A stretch of 63,803 bases of DNA, the filler included, from Choristocarpus tenellus KU-1152 (taxonomy: Eukaryota > Protista > Phaeophyceae): the NCBI GenBank assembly GCA_964200185.2. It is 13 parts of 13 records of this genome, joined end to end, with 100 filler letters (N's around TTAATTAATTAA, not from the genome) between each part and the next. Parts side by side here need not be neighbours in the genome. Positions count along the whole stretch, not along the records: positions 1 to 2,607 come from CAXNAD020026333.1; positions 2,708 to 5,290 come from CAXNAD020026553.1; positions 5,391 to 12,280 come from CAXNAD020007135.1; 10 more parts are not named here. One strand, given 5' to 3'. A model generated the notes under the pieces. It was not told the origin of the DNA. It was given only the letters and a program-made list of their open reading frames with translations, and ran no database searches. Made by a program: the position numbers and the translations under genes. This document shows positions 1 through 11,165 of this stretch, piece after piece; within the stretch, counting starts at the first letter, position 1; every line of letters begins with the position of its first letter.

Positions 1-4
1 GGAT

Positions 5-188
5 GACCCAAAGTATCTGGGGGGGGGGGGGGGGGGTCTACACCAGAGTGTCCATTTGGACCAAAACCAGGAAAAGTGTACTTTCATTATCCATCCAACG
101 TATGGAACCAAATCACCAAAAAATCGCGATATGAAAAAATTGGCTCCAAATAGACAGCCGCCACCCCCCCCCCCAGATACTTCGAGCC
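5..188. mobile_element. MITE family A (G-tract TIR), full copy
   Basis: TIRs GACCCAAAGTATCTGGGGG / CCCCCAGATACTTCGAGCC; internal sequence matches 9270-9446. No TSD visible in this copy. Confidence 0.85.
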
Positions 189-1218
189 AAAACCCCTACA
201 TTCTTTCTCTCAAACCGCAAGCCTAGGGTCTTAGCAAACACCCTCCAGGGTTTCCGCACGACCCTCGAAAAAATGTGTGGTGGACTCTCTGGTTGATTGG
301 GTGTAATGTACAAAACATACCACGGTAGCGTTAGTGAGGTGGTGGACAGTGGACAGAGAAAGTATTGTGCTTGGGAAGGTAATAAAAAATAAATAATGGT
401 CTATACAACAGACAGGTAAGTGCCTTTTATGTGCTAAGCAGGTTACTTTATCACAAATAATAATAATACAATAGGAAAACAGTAACACTAATGATTACAA
501 GAAATGTATTGATAACAACAGTAATGCTTCGATCCTGTTAAATATAGACTGTCCCAGTAGGATATGGTACTTCTTTAGATATTTTTCAGACATGGGAATA
601 GTTTTCATTAATTTTTCCCCTGGCATATCTGGAAAATGTCAGCGGGCATAAAAATACAATTACCTGGATCGAAATATATGTTGTTAACGGTATATGCGAA
701 ATTTCTTATACCCTTTGGGATCTATTTTCTAGGAGAGTAGAGAGCAGGAATGTTCTAAATTTTGTTGGATGTGTGTACCTGTGAGAATGTCTTCTATTCC
801 ATGCTCTGGCTATACTACCAACAGTACACTACATCATGTTGATATAATAGGGAAGCTAAATATTCGAACCCTCTATTGAAATCAGGGCAAGTTTAGATAT
901 CGATACAATTTTGATATTGGTAGTGGCATTTTATTACCTTTGCTTCCCCCCCACTCCACTGTTTTGATAAACCTCATCACGTTTCTAACACTAATGCACA
1001 CTTCATTAAAACTTGACTGAATATTCAATGACATATTGCTACATCATCATTCAAATCTCACTACTTTTGTAGAACTAACTGGCAATCTATGTCGTAGTAG
1101 GTCATGGAAGGAATGGGATGACGAAGGAAAGGAGACCATCGCCACCATTATCATTGCATACTATGAATTTCTTGCAAGGGATGCAACAACTATGAAACAA
1201 GACACCAATACTAAAATA

Positions 1219-1475
1219 GAGTAAAAGTATCTTAGAGGGTACGAGTTTTGCCCTGTTTGTCCATTTGGGGCTTGGCTTCCCATGGGTTTTTATATGACAT
1301 TTTCCTACTCCAAAATGTTTCTGAGTAGGTAAAATTTATACGTTATGAAAAGGTGTGTCGGAACAAGGATATTGACACTTCCTAACGAACACGATAGCCA
1401 AAATTACATCAAAATCGCAAAATTGGGTTTTGGTCCCAAATGGACGCGGCCCTACCTTCTAAGATACTTTGGGTC
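1219..1475. mobile_element. MITE family B, full copy, 257 bp, TSD AATA
   Basis: TIRs GAGTAAAAGTATCTTAGAGGGTA / TACCTTCTAAGATACTTTGGGTC; AATA at 1215-1218 and 1476-1479; homologous to 58630-58886 in reverse orientation. Confidence 0.9.
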
Positions 1476-1521
1476 AATATTTTATCCCCCTCACGCACAC
1501 CTATTCATATTTCTCCTTCAG

Positions 1522-2083
1522 GGATGAAAGAACGTTTGACTTGGGACAAGAACCAAGCCCAGATATCCTGTCTTCTGGGGTGGAAGGGCCTACAACAAAT
1601 TCAGGTGGAGCAGCGGCAAACAGTACAAACAGACGAGAGTGGAAGGGTTGGATAAGAAACAGTTCAACAGGATATTGTGTAGTGCAATGGCAAGATTTCT
1701 TCCAGGTACGGTACTTCTCAAAGGGACTTCCAAGTACTACTACTAGATAGCATGATCCTGAGTGTCAGTTCTCTCTCTCAACCACCATAGAGATGCAGTA
1801 CTGCTAATGCACTGTTGTATCACAGTTGGGCCATAAATATCACGGTCCTGAATGTAGGTTCCTAGAATTGATTTTTGTAGAAGTACAGTATCAGTATTGA
1901 TATAGTATTACGCCCTCTGACATTTTGCAGATTTGTCAGGGGGAAAACCAATGAAAACTATAAATATGTCGTTAGCAGTATCGTATTGTTGTACCACAGT
2001 AGGACCAAACCAGTGTAAGATATAGGTTTACTTCATTGGACAAGTAACCAACCACACTATGAAATTTCTGATCTGCTCCCACG
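1522..2083 (+). CDS. Probable internal exons of an unidentified gene (1522-1705, 2026-2083)
   Basis: Pyrimidine tract + CAG acceptor and CAG|GTACG donor; open frame DERTFDLG...QWQDFFQ joins in phase to VYFIGQVTNHTMKFLICSH ending at G|GTAAG. No recognisable domain. Confidence 0.4.
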
Positions 2084-2561
2084 GTAAGAAGAAAGCTGCT
2101 TGAAGGTTGGCAGAGAGGTACACACAACTATTTTTCTAGGTTCTATTATTATCGCATTTACAGTGTAAGGGTACTCTAGTTTTGTTTTGATGTTTTCTAC
2201 CGTAACTGTATACATAAGACTGCAATACAATATTGTAAAATCGATGGACCAAGTAAATGACAAAAAATGAGGAATATATATTAGTATGTATTACTTAATT
2301 TTCTCGTCTGGTGTACTTACTTACTGATCACTATCATACACCCAAAATTGACAGAGATTTCTTACTAGTACCAAAAATTGAAACAACACAAAATTGAGAT
2401 AGAGGACAGAGAGAGGGAGAGAGAGAGAGAGCAAAGCAAGAACATTTAGTCACCCAACTTCTGAAAATAAATGCCACAGAAGGGAAAGGAATATCTTGAA
2501 GAGTACATATATCTTACTGTAACATAGTTGAACAATACAAGGGAATACTTTGGACATTTAA

Positions 2562-2607
2562 CAGCCGATTTCAAAAATTGAGGATGGAGCTTTTCATTGA
2601 GGATGGG
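2562..2607 (+). repeat. Repeat family E terminus (GATTTCAAAAATTGAGGATGG...GAGGATGG)
   Basis: Same motif at 12221-12280 (+) and 59922-59980 (-), always running into a contig end. Confidence 0.65.
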
Positions 2608-2707
2608 NNNNNNNNNNNNNNNNNNNNNNNNNNNNNNNNNNNNNNNNNNNNTTAATTAATTAANNNNNNNNNNNNNNNNNNNNNNNNNNNNNNNNNNNNN
2701 NNNNNNN
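2608..2707. other. Artificial contig-joining linker (N44-TTAATTAATTAA-N44); first of 12
   Basis: Identical 100-nt spacer with six-frame stops also at 5291-5390, 12281-12380, 16545-16644, 21244-21343, 24543-24642, 27229-27328, 37572-37671, 47898-47997, 51393-51492, 55395-55494 and 59822-59921. Confidence 0.98.
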
Positions 2708-2788
2708 AAAAAACAAAAAAAATCACGCCTTAAAAAAATTGAACCCATCTAACAACCCACCACCCCCCCCCCCCAGATACTTTGAGCC
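2708..2788. mobile_element. MITE family A, partial at contig end
   Basis: CCCCCAGATACTTTGAGCC terminus. Other contig-end partials at 5193-5290, 5391-5581, 12381-12480, 16645-16668, 21145-21243, 24487-24542, 37553-37571 and 51493-51521. Confidence 0.85.
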
Positions 2789-3462
2789 AAAGGCTACTCC
2801 TACCCTCCATAACCAAGCCTCTAATCGCTTTTGTAAGCTCTCCTCCTGCCTCCACACTTTTGTCCCTGCCCACCCTGCCCCTCTCCCCTTCCCATTCCAC
2901 ATCCTCTACCATCCATCTTCCTCTTTGCCCTTCAACCCTGTTGTGACAAGGACACACAGTTATTGCACTCGCACTATGAGGTCAAGGCTTCTCCAGGGAT
3001 GCCACTACTCCCATCCGCCTGAGCATACATGTTGCTATTGTTAGTAGGATGAGGTCAAGAAGCACCACTGCCTGACACCTCCCAAACCCCTTCCTGCCTA
3101 ACACCTTGCCCTCTGGTTTCGAAACCAGAGGGCGAGGGGTTGGGTAGGAAGGGGGGGCTGGGGCATTAACACAGGCAGCAGTGAGTGGTGTTACTCCCCC
3201 TCATCCTACTAACAATAGCAGCATGTGTACTCAGGCGGATGAGGGTAGTGCAATCCCTGGAGGAGCCTTGACCTCACAGAGGGAGTGCAATAACTGTGTG
3301 CCCTTATCACAACAGGGTTCAAGAGCAAAGAGAAAGACAGGTGGTAGAGGATATGGAATAGGAAGGCGAAGAGGGCAGTGTGGAGGGACAAAAAATTATA
3401 GGCAGAAGGAGAGCTTACTAACCAATTTACACGCTTGGTCATGGAAGATAGGAGTGGTCTTT
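2789..3462. repeat. About 670-bp spacerless palindrome, centre 3120/3121
   Basis: Perfect 26-bp core GCCCTCTGGTTTC|GAAACCAGAGGGC; diverged arms align out to AAAGGCTACTCCTA / TAGGAGTGGTCTTT; ORFs 2739..3044(+) and 3209..3505(-) are mirror images. Confidence 0.92.
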
Positions 3463-6400
3463 CCCTTTCCCAAGCAAGACAGAAATAGGGTGAGATACTA
3501 GACAAGTAGTCGTTATATCAGAAGGCCGAAAAACATGTTTTTGTAGGTCACTTCAACTGGAAGAACCTTCCCCTTGGAGGTAATTCAGTAACGTTTAATG
3601 TGCTTACAACTTCCTCCGGAATGTGTTTTCTTGGCAACAACTTGGAGTAGTATTTGTCAATGGACGACCATGCAGAGTCCATGAGAGGTATGTGTTAATA
3701 TATTTGCACTATTTATTGTGAGCTAGCTATCACCATTGAGTTCTAGGCCACAATGTCGAAGCATAAATTGCAAACTGTGCACCTTTCAGAGAACATTTTG
3801 TTGAAGTATTTTATACTTCTAGTCTCTGTACTAGAATATTCCAAGTACTAGTGCATATCTGCAGTTTATGATCATTTGTTTTAATCGGGACTTTACTTAG
3901 AAGCATATCCCATAGTCACTTTCTGTCTAATAGGGGTGATGATATCTACTTCGAAGTATACCATTGGTAGGAAGTACCTTCACATCTGCGCAACAAGTGA
4001 AATCAGAATGCTTTTCTTTAAGGGGGTGACAGCTTGTTGTGTATGTATCTTCATATCAAACCTTTTCTTGGTATGTCATGGATGCCTATGGAATGTTGGT
4101 TTTCAGAAAATTGTGTTGGTAAGTCATGGACGCCTATGGAGTTTGGCCAATCACAGAAGAAGTAGTCGTACATCCTTACAGCGTCACACCACCAGCCACA
4201 TTTTGGGGCTTCTTGTGAGCGGTTATACTTGTGATTGTGAGGTGTCTCCTCCACGGCAGCACCACCTGCAAAATGTCAGTTGGCACATTTACATACTCCC
4301 ATACTGTCACATGCAGTATGTAAGAAGTGATACATAGCATACGAAATAAACTGAAAATTGTATTGGGTCCAAGTAACTGTTTTGTTGACATGTACTCCAC
4401 CTTTCAGTGCTGTGGCTTATACATGCATTGTAATTGTTGTCACATCATTCCACTCTATGCGCTAGCTGTTTTTCAGTGTGTGGAACATGGGGAAACTTTC
4501 TGGATTACTACGTGACCTCCACAAAAACATCCTCTACCTTGAATTCTGGCATTAATCGGAGTATTTATACAACTCACTGCATGTTATGTATGGAGTACCA
4601 ACTGGTGTATTATGTTAGGTGCATCAATAATTGAGTTAATGTGATACTGCAATGATTCTTGCTGGTATCGGGTGTAACTTGTTGGAGTGACCGAGAGAAG
4701 GTAGCTGAGACGAGAGACCAAGAAGGGAGTAGGGTGTTGTGTTGACCATATCTGGTTTAGGTGACGATAGCTTTGGCTACCAACCGGGCAAGACATATAT
4801 TGTGTTGTTGGCAAATACCTTCATCTATGTAGTACATGAAAACCCTCATCAACTGCATGAGGTTGTCAGTCAGGCAGAGAGAGAATAAGATCAATCAAGT
4901 AAGCACCTTGTGCATCGATGAACACATTGCATCAAATTGTTGATATGATAAGGTTACTGGAAACGCTTCCGCACATCACTGTCTCACTATGTAGCAACTG
5001 TACATTGACCTTTAGCCCAGCATGTTGGGTCCCCCACTCACAGATCAGTGGTCATCACTTGAAGTGACATCGTGATACTGGGATGATGCATGTAGATGGA
5101 ACTAGTAGTGGGTGCATTACACGTGATGAATATCTTCTGGACGTAAGACCTACTACAGTGGAGCCCTAGAATGAAGCCCATCATTTGGGAGTGGTTCAAA
5201 GTGTTTGGGGGTGGGGGGGTGGCGGCTGTCCATTTGGGGCCCATTTTTCCATGTCGTGATCAGGGCCTGGATGGACACCCTGGTGTAGACNNNNNNNNNN
5301 NNNNNNNNNNNNNNNNNNNNNNNNNNNNNNNNNNTTAATTAATTAANNNNNNNNNNNNNNNNNNNNNNNNNNNNNNNNNNNNNNNNNNNNGTGGTGGGAG
5401 CGCGGGAAGGAGGTGGAGAGAGGGGGGGGGGGCTACAGCAGGGTGTCCATTGGGGCCCTGACCAGGATAAGTGCACTTACGTTATCCATCCCTCGCATGC
5501 AACCAAATCACCCAGAAATCGCAACATGAAAAAACGAACCCCAAATGGACAGTCGCCACCCCGCCCCAGATACTTTGAGCCCAAAAGAATATATTTGTTG
5601 AAGAATAGCTCCTCTTTGCCAGTGACAAAATGTGCAAATCACACCAAAAATAGACAACCATGACAATGTAGCTCATCTTTGACCGTTACAAAATTGGTAC
5701 ATCATATTATCAATACACAACTCCTGAGAAGTATTTTCTCTTTGAAGAGTAGACATTAGGTACATCACAGTCCAACATTGTATAGTCAACATAATATATA
5801 ATGAAATTTACATGACCCAACCAGCTAAGGAGTAGTCATGGATTACATTTTTTAAATCCTGACAAAGGGCATGAAGATGGCATTTTGTACAGTGGCAGAA
5901 AGAGCCTTTGCTGAATTGTGGTGTCACTTTGTGTGTGGAAAGAGGGAATATCGATTTTGTGTACACTATTGTGCACATAATGCAATGAAACAGGGTGCAC
6001 TCCACGGGGTAAGAAAGATAGCTTAGAATGCAAAAGGGTTCAAACCTGCCTACCTCTCGATTGGTTTGGCTCAGATCCTTTTTGAAATCTATAAAATAGG
6101 AAAGGTTACAACAGAAACGCACAATCGTTGTAACGTAACTTATCATTGGAGCTTCAAGTTTGGTACATCGCATTGAGAATACACTACTCTCGAAATGTAG
6201 CTTAAAATTGAACTTTAGATAAATAGGGAAATGAAAGTAGAATTATACATATTGAAAGGTAGATCCTCTCTAGTGGCTACAAGATACATACATCGCAACA
6301 GAAATGGACAATCCTCCTAGCATAGCTTATCCTTGGCCGTTACAAAACTGGCGCATCACGTCACGAAAGCCTAACTTTCGTAATGTACATTTTGCTTAAA

Positions 6401-6962
6401 GGTTCGACAACAACAGGTGAATCGCAGTAACATTGAAATATATTGAAAAGAAGTAGCCCCTATTTGCAGATGATAAAATACACACATCACACGAGAAATT
6501 GAAACTCGTGTAACTTGACTTTTCTTTGACCGTTACAAAATTGGTACATTCAATCAGCAAAGCACAACTCACGCGATGTAGCTTATATCTTTGAATATTA
6601 GGCAAAAAATATATCGCAGCACAAACATATAGATATTGAAATGTAGCTCCGCTTTTGCTGCTGACGAAAAACGTACATCACACCGAGAGATGGACAATCC
6701 TCGTAACGTAGCTAACCTTTGACTGTTCAAAAAAATTGGTAAATCCTAATAGAAATGCCCAACTCTCGTATGTAGCTTATCTTTGAAAGATAGATGATAT
6801 ATTAACTCATCTTTGACGGATACAAAAAAGGCACATCACACCAAAATTGCACAACTATCGTAACGTTGCTTATCTTTGATGGTTACAAATTGGTATATCG
6901 CATCAGATATTTCCAAAGCTCGCCCTGTAGCTTCCCTTTAAAGATGGAACAATAGGTACACA

Positions 6963-7446
6963 AGTGGAATGCTTCCTGGATGAGCTGGCTACTCACATGG
7001 TAGGGGGAAGAAGAGTGGGAGGATACTGCCGGAAAGGAATAGTTAAATCCAGGCTACGCCAAATTGTTTCGGTGACTACGCAAGTGGCATTGTCTCGACG
7101 TGTCATGCGCTTCAAACTAGAGTCATCAGGGAGATGGGCACGAAGGGGTCTGTTGGATTCTTGGAATACCTCCCTAGCTCCCCGCCCCGGGGCACAGGAG
7201 TAGGTAGATGGGAAGCACAGGAAGACAGTAGTACAATATTTGATAGTGGTGAAGTAACTGATAGATTAGTGGTCTCCATACTTACAGTGTTTTATAGTCT
7301 TCTCACGTTTAGGATATTTTATTTCTTTAGGGCTAATAGCGATATATGTATAGTTTTCATTGGGCTTCTCCCTAATAATATATAGTTTTCATTTGTTTCC
7401 CCCCTGACAAATCTGCAAAATGTCAGAGGGCACAATAATAAAATAC
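6963..7446 (+). mobile_element. 5'-truncated CRE-like non-LTR retrotransposon (RLE C-terminus + 3' UTR + hairpin), 11-bp TSD
   Basis: ECFLDELATHMVGG...KSRLRQIVSVTTQVALSRRV resembles the tail of the restriction-like endonuclease domain; 3' hairpin CCCCTGACA..TGTCAGAGGG with A/TAA-rich tail; TSD ATAGGTACACA at 6952-6962 and 7447-7457. Confidence 0.82.
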
Positions 7447-7924
7447 ATAGGTACACATCACTGTGATGTACGTATTTTGAAAACTGTCCAAAACAAGCTA
7501 CAATACGAGAGTTGAGCATTCTTGATGTGATGTACCAATTTGGTAAACCTCATGTCCGTTTCTAGTGCTATTTACGTATGGTGCTAATTACTTATTTTGT
7601 TAATGTCAAAATGGGGCTACTTTTCATTATGTATTTTTCTACTATGACGAACCAATTATCTCACATTCAAAGAAAACGTACATTAAATGAGAACTCTGTA
7701 TTTCTGATGTGAGGTATTAATTTGGTAACTGTAAGAGATAGGCAACATTTTGGGAGTTCTCAATTTCTGGTATGGTAAACGTATTTTGTTATCGCCAAAG
7801 ACGAACTAGATTTCAATATATTATATATATAATATATATAATATATTTTCACGCAATGTCTTACAGTATTCTTATGTTTAGGACATTTTATATACACATA
7901 TGTATATAGTTTTCATTGGTTTCC

Positions 7925-8383
7925 CCCTGACATTTTGGAGATGTGTCAGGGAGAAAACCAATGAAAACTATTCGCATGTATTAGCCCTAAAGAAGTAAAA
8001 ATTGTCATAAATGTGAGAAACACTAATCTGTATCCATGTTGCGCCACTGCCTTCCTACGCCTCCAATCTACTTATTCCTGCGCCCCAGAATGAGGAGCTA
8101 GGGAGGCATCCCAAGAATCCAACAAAACCCTTCCCTTGTGCCCATCTCCCTGGTGACTCCAGCTTAAAACCCATGACACGTCTAGACAGTACCAATTGTG
8201 TTGTTACTGGGACTATTTGGCGTAGGCGGGGTTTGACCGCCCCTTTCCTCCCATAGCCTCCAGTTCCTCTCCCCCCCACCATGTGTGTAGTCAGCTCATC
8301 TAGGAAACATTCCGCTTCCTTGCCGAGGCGCCCACGACTTTCCACCATGAAGGTGTTGAGGTTATAACTACCAAGTCTATCTC
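7925..8383 (-). mobile_element. CRE-like retrotransposon 3' fragment
   Basis: YNLNTFMVESRGRLGKEAECFLDELTTH...RLRQIVPVTTQ; same 3' UTR and hairpin as 6963-7446. Confidence 0.8.
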
Positions 8384-9213
8384 TATGTTTTTTTGTGAAT
8401 AACTCTTCAAATGATGTGAGATTCAGAAATAACAAATAATATATATATATATAAATATATGCCTCTGACATTTTGGAGATGGTGTGTCAGGAGAAACCAA
8501 TGAAAACTATTTACATGTCAGTAAAAAAAATAATATCGTTCGAAAGTCCACAACCTCAGTTTGCACATAGATATCTTCAAAAAAAAAATCATATCGTAAT
8601 GATTGAGAAACCTCCAGGTGAACACACTTTTTTTGTCGGAAATTGGCAGTTTATCAAAAACAGCAAAATTGACCAAAAAATGTGGCAGGAAATGATGGTT
8701 AATCGACCACAACTTCTCAACGAGGCCTCCGATGAAGACCCAGTTAGTTGTGTTGGATTCCTTGGCGTTTTCTGTATTATTAAATGAATTACTCGCCACT
8801 CTCATTCGATCCCTCAATCCACCAAGTTGTGACTGCGTTGTATGCGTCTCTGTCAACGGGGATGAAGTGATCCAGAACGCCCTCAGGAGAAAATGACAAT
8901 GACAATTAACTTGATGCAAAAAACGCCAAGGAATCCAACACAACTAACTGCGTTTTCATGGAAGGTCTCATTGAGACGTTGTGGTCGATTAACCAACACT
9001 TCCAGCCACTTTTGGCCGGTTTTGCTGTTTTTGGTAAATATGCCATTCCGAAAAAAAATGTTCGTATTCAGAGAAAGGGTGGTTTCTCAATGATTTCGAA
9101 GTGTAAAAATACTTTTGATGTATCTATGTACAAGTCGATGTTGTTGGCTATCGAACGATATTATTTATTATTTCTGAATCTCACGTTTGAAAAGTTAATC
9201 ACAAAAAAACATA
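8384..9213. mobile_element. Foldback-type MITE with ~300-bp TIRs, flanked by TA
   Basis: 8386-8790 is the reverse complement of 8905-9211 (e.g. GTTGTGTTGGATTCCTTGGCGTTTT / AAAACGCCAAGGAATCCAACACAAC); left arm interrupted by a CRE 3'-end stub at ~8445-8525. Confidence 0.85.
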
Positions 9214-9269
9214 ACGTTACAGATTTTACTTTTTCAGGGTTTATACTGACATATGAATATGTAAACAGT

Positions 9270-9492
9270 GACCGAAAGTACCTTGGGGGGGGGGGAGTCT
9301 ACAGCAGAGTATCCGTTTGGACCAAAACCAGGAAAAGCGCACTTTAATTATCCATCCAATGTATGGAACCAAATCACCCAAAAATCGCGGCATGAAAAAA
9401 TTGGCCCCAAATGGATAGCCGCCACTCCCCCTAGATACTTCGAATCAGGGTCGAAAAGGACGCCGGCACCCCCCCTCCAGATACTTTGACCC
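9270..9492. mobile_element. Composite MITE family A (full copy 9270-9446 + extra right end) inserted in a CRE 3' UTR
   Basis: Two right TIRs (ending 9446 and 9492); outer flanks CAGT/TAGT duplicate the TAGT of the interrupted CRE consensus (...TAGTTTTCATTG). Confidence 0.78.
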
Positions 9493-9572
9493 TAGTTTTC
9501 ATTGTTTTTTCCCCTGACACATCTGGAAAAAGTCAAAATGCATAATAAATAAATACAGACTTATGGGATAGA

Positions 9573-9980
9573 TCTGGAAAGCATGTTTGTCTGTTGTAAT
9601 ACCGTTATTGCCGTATGCCATATACCCGTTACACCGATTGAGGTTTCCTTGTCAGGATTTTCCCATTCCAGTGGAGAATCTTCCAAATTATCAAGGTGGG
9701 AAATTTTGTAGAATAAACTAATCCCGCAAGTTACACATACATCCCTGCAACCAGAGATATGTATTACTTGGGGAATTTCGTAATGATTCCCCTCTCGTAA
9801 GATTCTTATCTCCCCACAGTTTTTTTGCAAGTCCTTGCAGTCTTGCACTTGTCCAACCTTCACATTGTCCTCTCAGTTAAGGTTCGTCTCGGTCCGTCTG
9901 GTCCGTCTTGCTCCGTGATTCTCTTCACCACCCTTACTTACCTGAGTGAACCATGCCGCCACAGAATCACACGCTTCATA
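9573..9980 (+). mobile_element. Solo LTR, family D (~400 bp)
   Basis: Homologous end to end with 52049-52448, which has TG...CA ends and an upstream polypurine tract. Confidence 0.72.
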
Positions 9981-10009
9981 GAGAAGAGGAATATATATAT
10001 ATATATATG

Positions 10010-10212
10010 TAGCTCCTCCCCCTGAGGCACAGGAGTAGGTACATTGGAGGCGCAGGAAAGCAGTGGTACAACATAGATAGTAGTGAAAATAACAAATAGA
10101 TCAATGTAATTACATTTGTGACATATTTTATATCTTTAGGGCTTGTACTGACATGTTCATTGGTTTCCCCCCTGACACATCTGCAAAATGTCAGCGGGCA
10201 TTATAATAATAT
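10010..10212 (+). mobile_element. CRE-like 3' UTR fragment with hairpin and (TAA) tail
   Basis: Matches 7175-7445; starts next to an (AT)n tract. Confidence 0.75.
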
Positions 10213-10744
10213 ATATACTATGATGTACCCATTGTCAAACGTTTAAAGATGAGGTGTACATTACAGAGTTGTGCATGTATGATATGATGTACGCATTTGT
10301 ATAAATGTTCAATATAATCTACCTTCCGAAAGTTGCCATTTCGCGTGTGATGTATGTACCTTACTACTGTCAAAGAGGAGCTGCTTTTTTGTTTTATCCG
10401 CTGTGATTTAACTTGTTGTATAACCTTGCAAGATAACCTATTTTTTAAGAGTTGTGCATTTCTAATGTTACGTATCAACTTTGTAACAGTCAAAGATAGC
10501 ATACATGAAAAGAGTTGAGTTCATTTCTGGTGTGATTGAGTCAAACTAAACGAAAGATAGCCAAAATTGTATTTTAAGGATGCCCGCAAATATGTGCAAA
10601 ATTCGGCATTTTTTTCAAATGTGCATATTATATATTTGAATTATGTCGGAAAGTTTAAAACAATAGAAAGATCAACCCTCTCAAGTGAAACTTACCACTT
10701 CACCCATAGAAATATGGGTAAATTGGAAAATATTGAAACACTAG

Positions 10745-11165
10745 TATGAATCGTGTGATTCTGTGGCAGGGTGGTTCACTCAGACAAGGGTAGTGACGAG
10801 AGTCACCGGGCAAGACGGACCAGACGGACCAAGACAAACCGTAACCAAGAGGACAAGGTAATATTGGACAAGTGCAAGACTGCAAGAACTTGCAGGAAAA
10901 TTGTGGAGTGATGAGAATCTCACAAGAGGGGGATCATCCCAAAAGTCAAAACGTGACAACAAAGAGAATCTTTGATGTGCGACATCTCTGGGTGAAGAGA
11001 TGTCCACTACTTGTGGAATTGATCTCTTGAAATATTCCACACCTCAATTATTTGTAAGACCTTCCGATTCCATGGAATCGGGGATTCCTGACAAGGAAGC
11101 CTCAATCGGTGTAACGGGATATGGCATATAGCAGTAGCGATATAACAACAGACAAACCTGCCATA
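10745..11165 (-). mobile_element. Solo LTR, family D, inverted relative to 9573-9980
   Basis: Reverse complement aligns with 9573-9980 (CTGAGTGAACCA..CCACAGAATCACACG; CCGTTACACCGATTGAGG). Confidence 0.72.

Noticed and set aside
2652-2663. Recurrent TTAATTAATTAA palindrome between N runs
   Set aside because: Artificial six-frame-stop linker; ORFs ending in X...LIN and any cross-linker gene neighbourhood are artefacts.
2739-3505. Two similar ORFs as duplicated genes
   Set aside because: They are the two arms of the palindrome, lack convincing starts and have no recognisable domain.
3500-5190. Possible decayed coding or TE sequence with a short internal duplication (~4070-4145)
   Set aside because: No motif I can assign; not supportable without a search.
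6396-6605. Modular array as a BspA/LRR coding repeat (ECTNFVTVK)
   Set aside because: My rough consensus module has stops in the frames examined and the array inverts; more likely non-coding.
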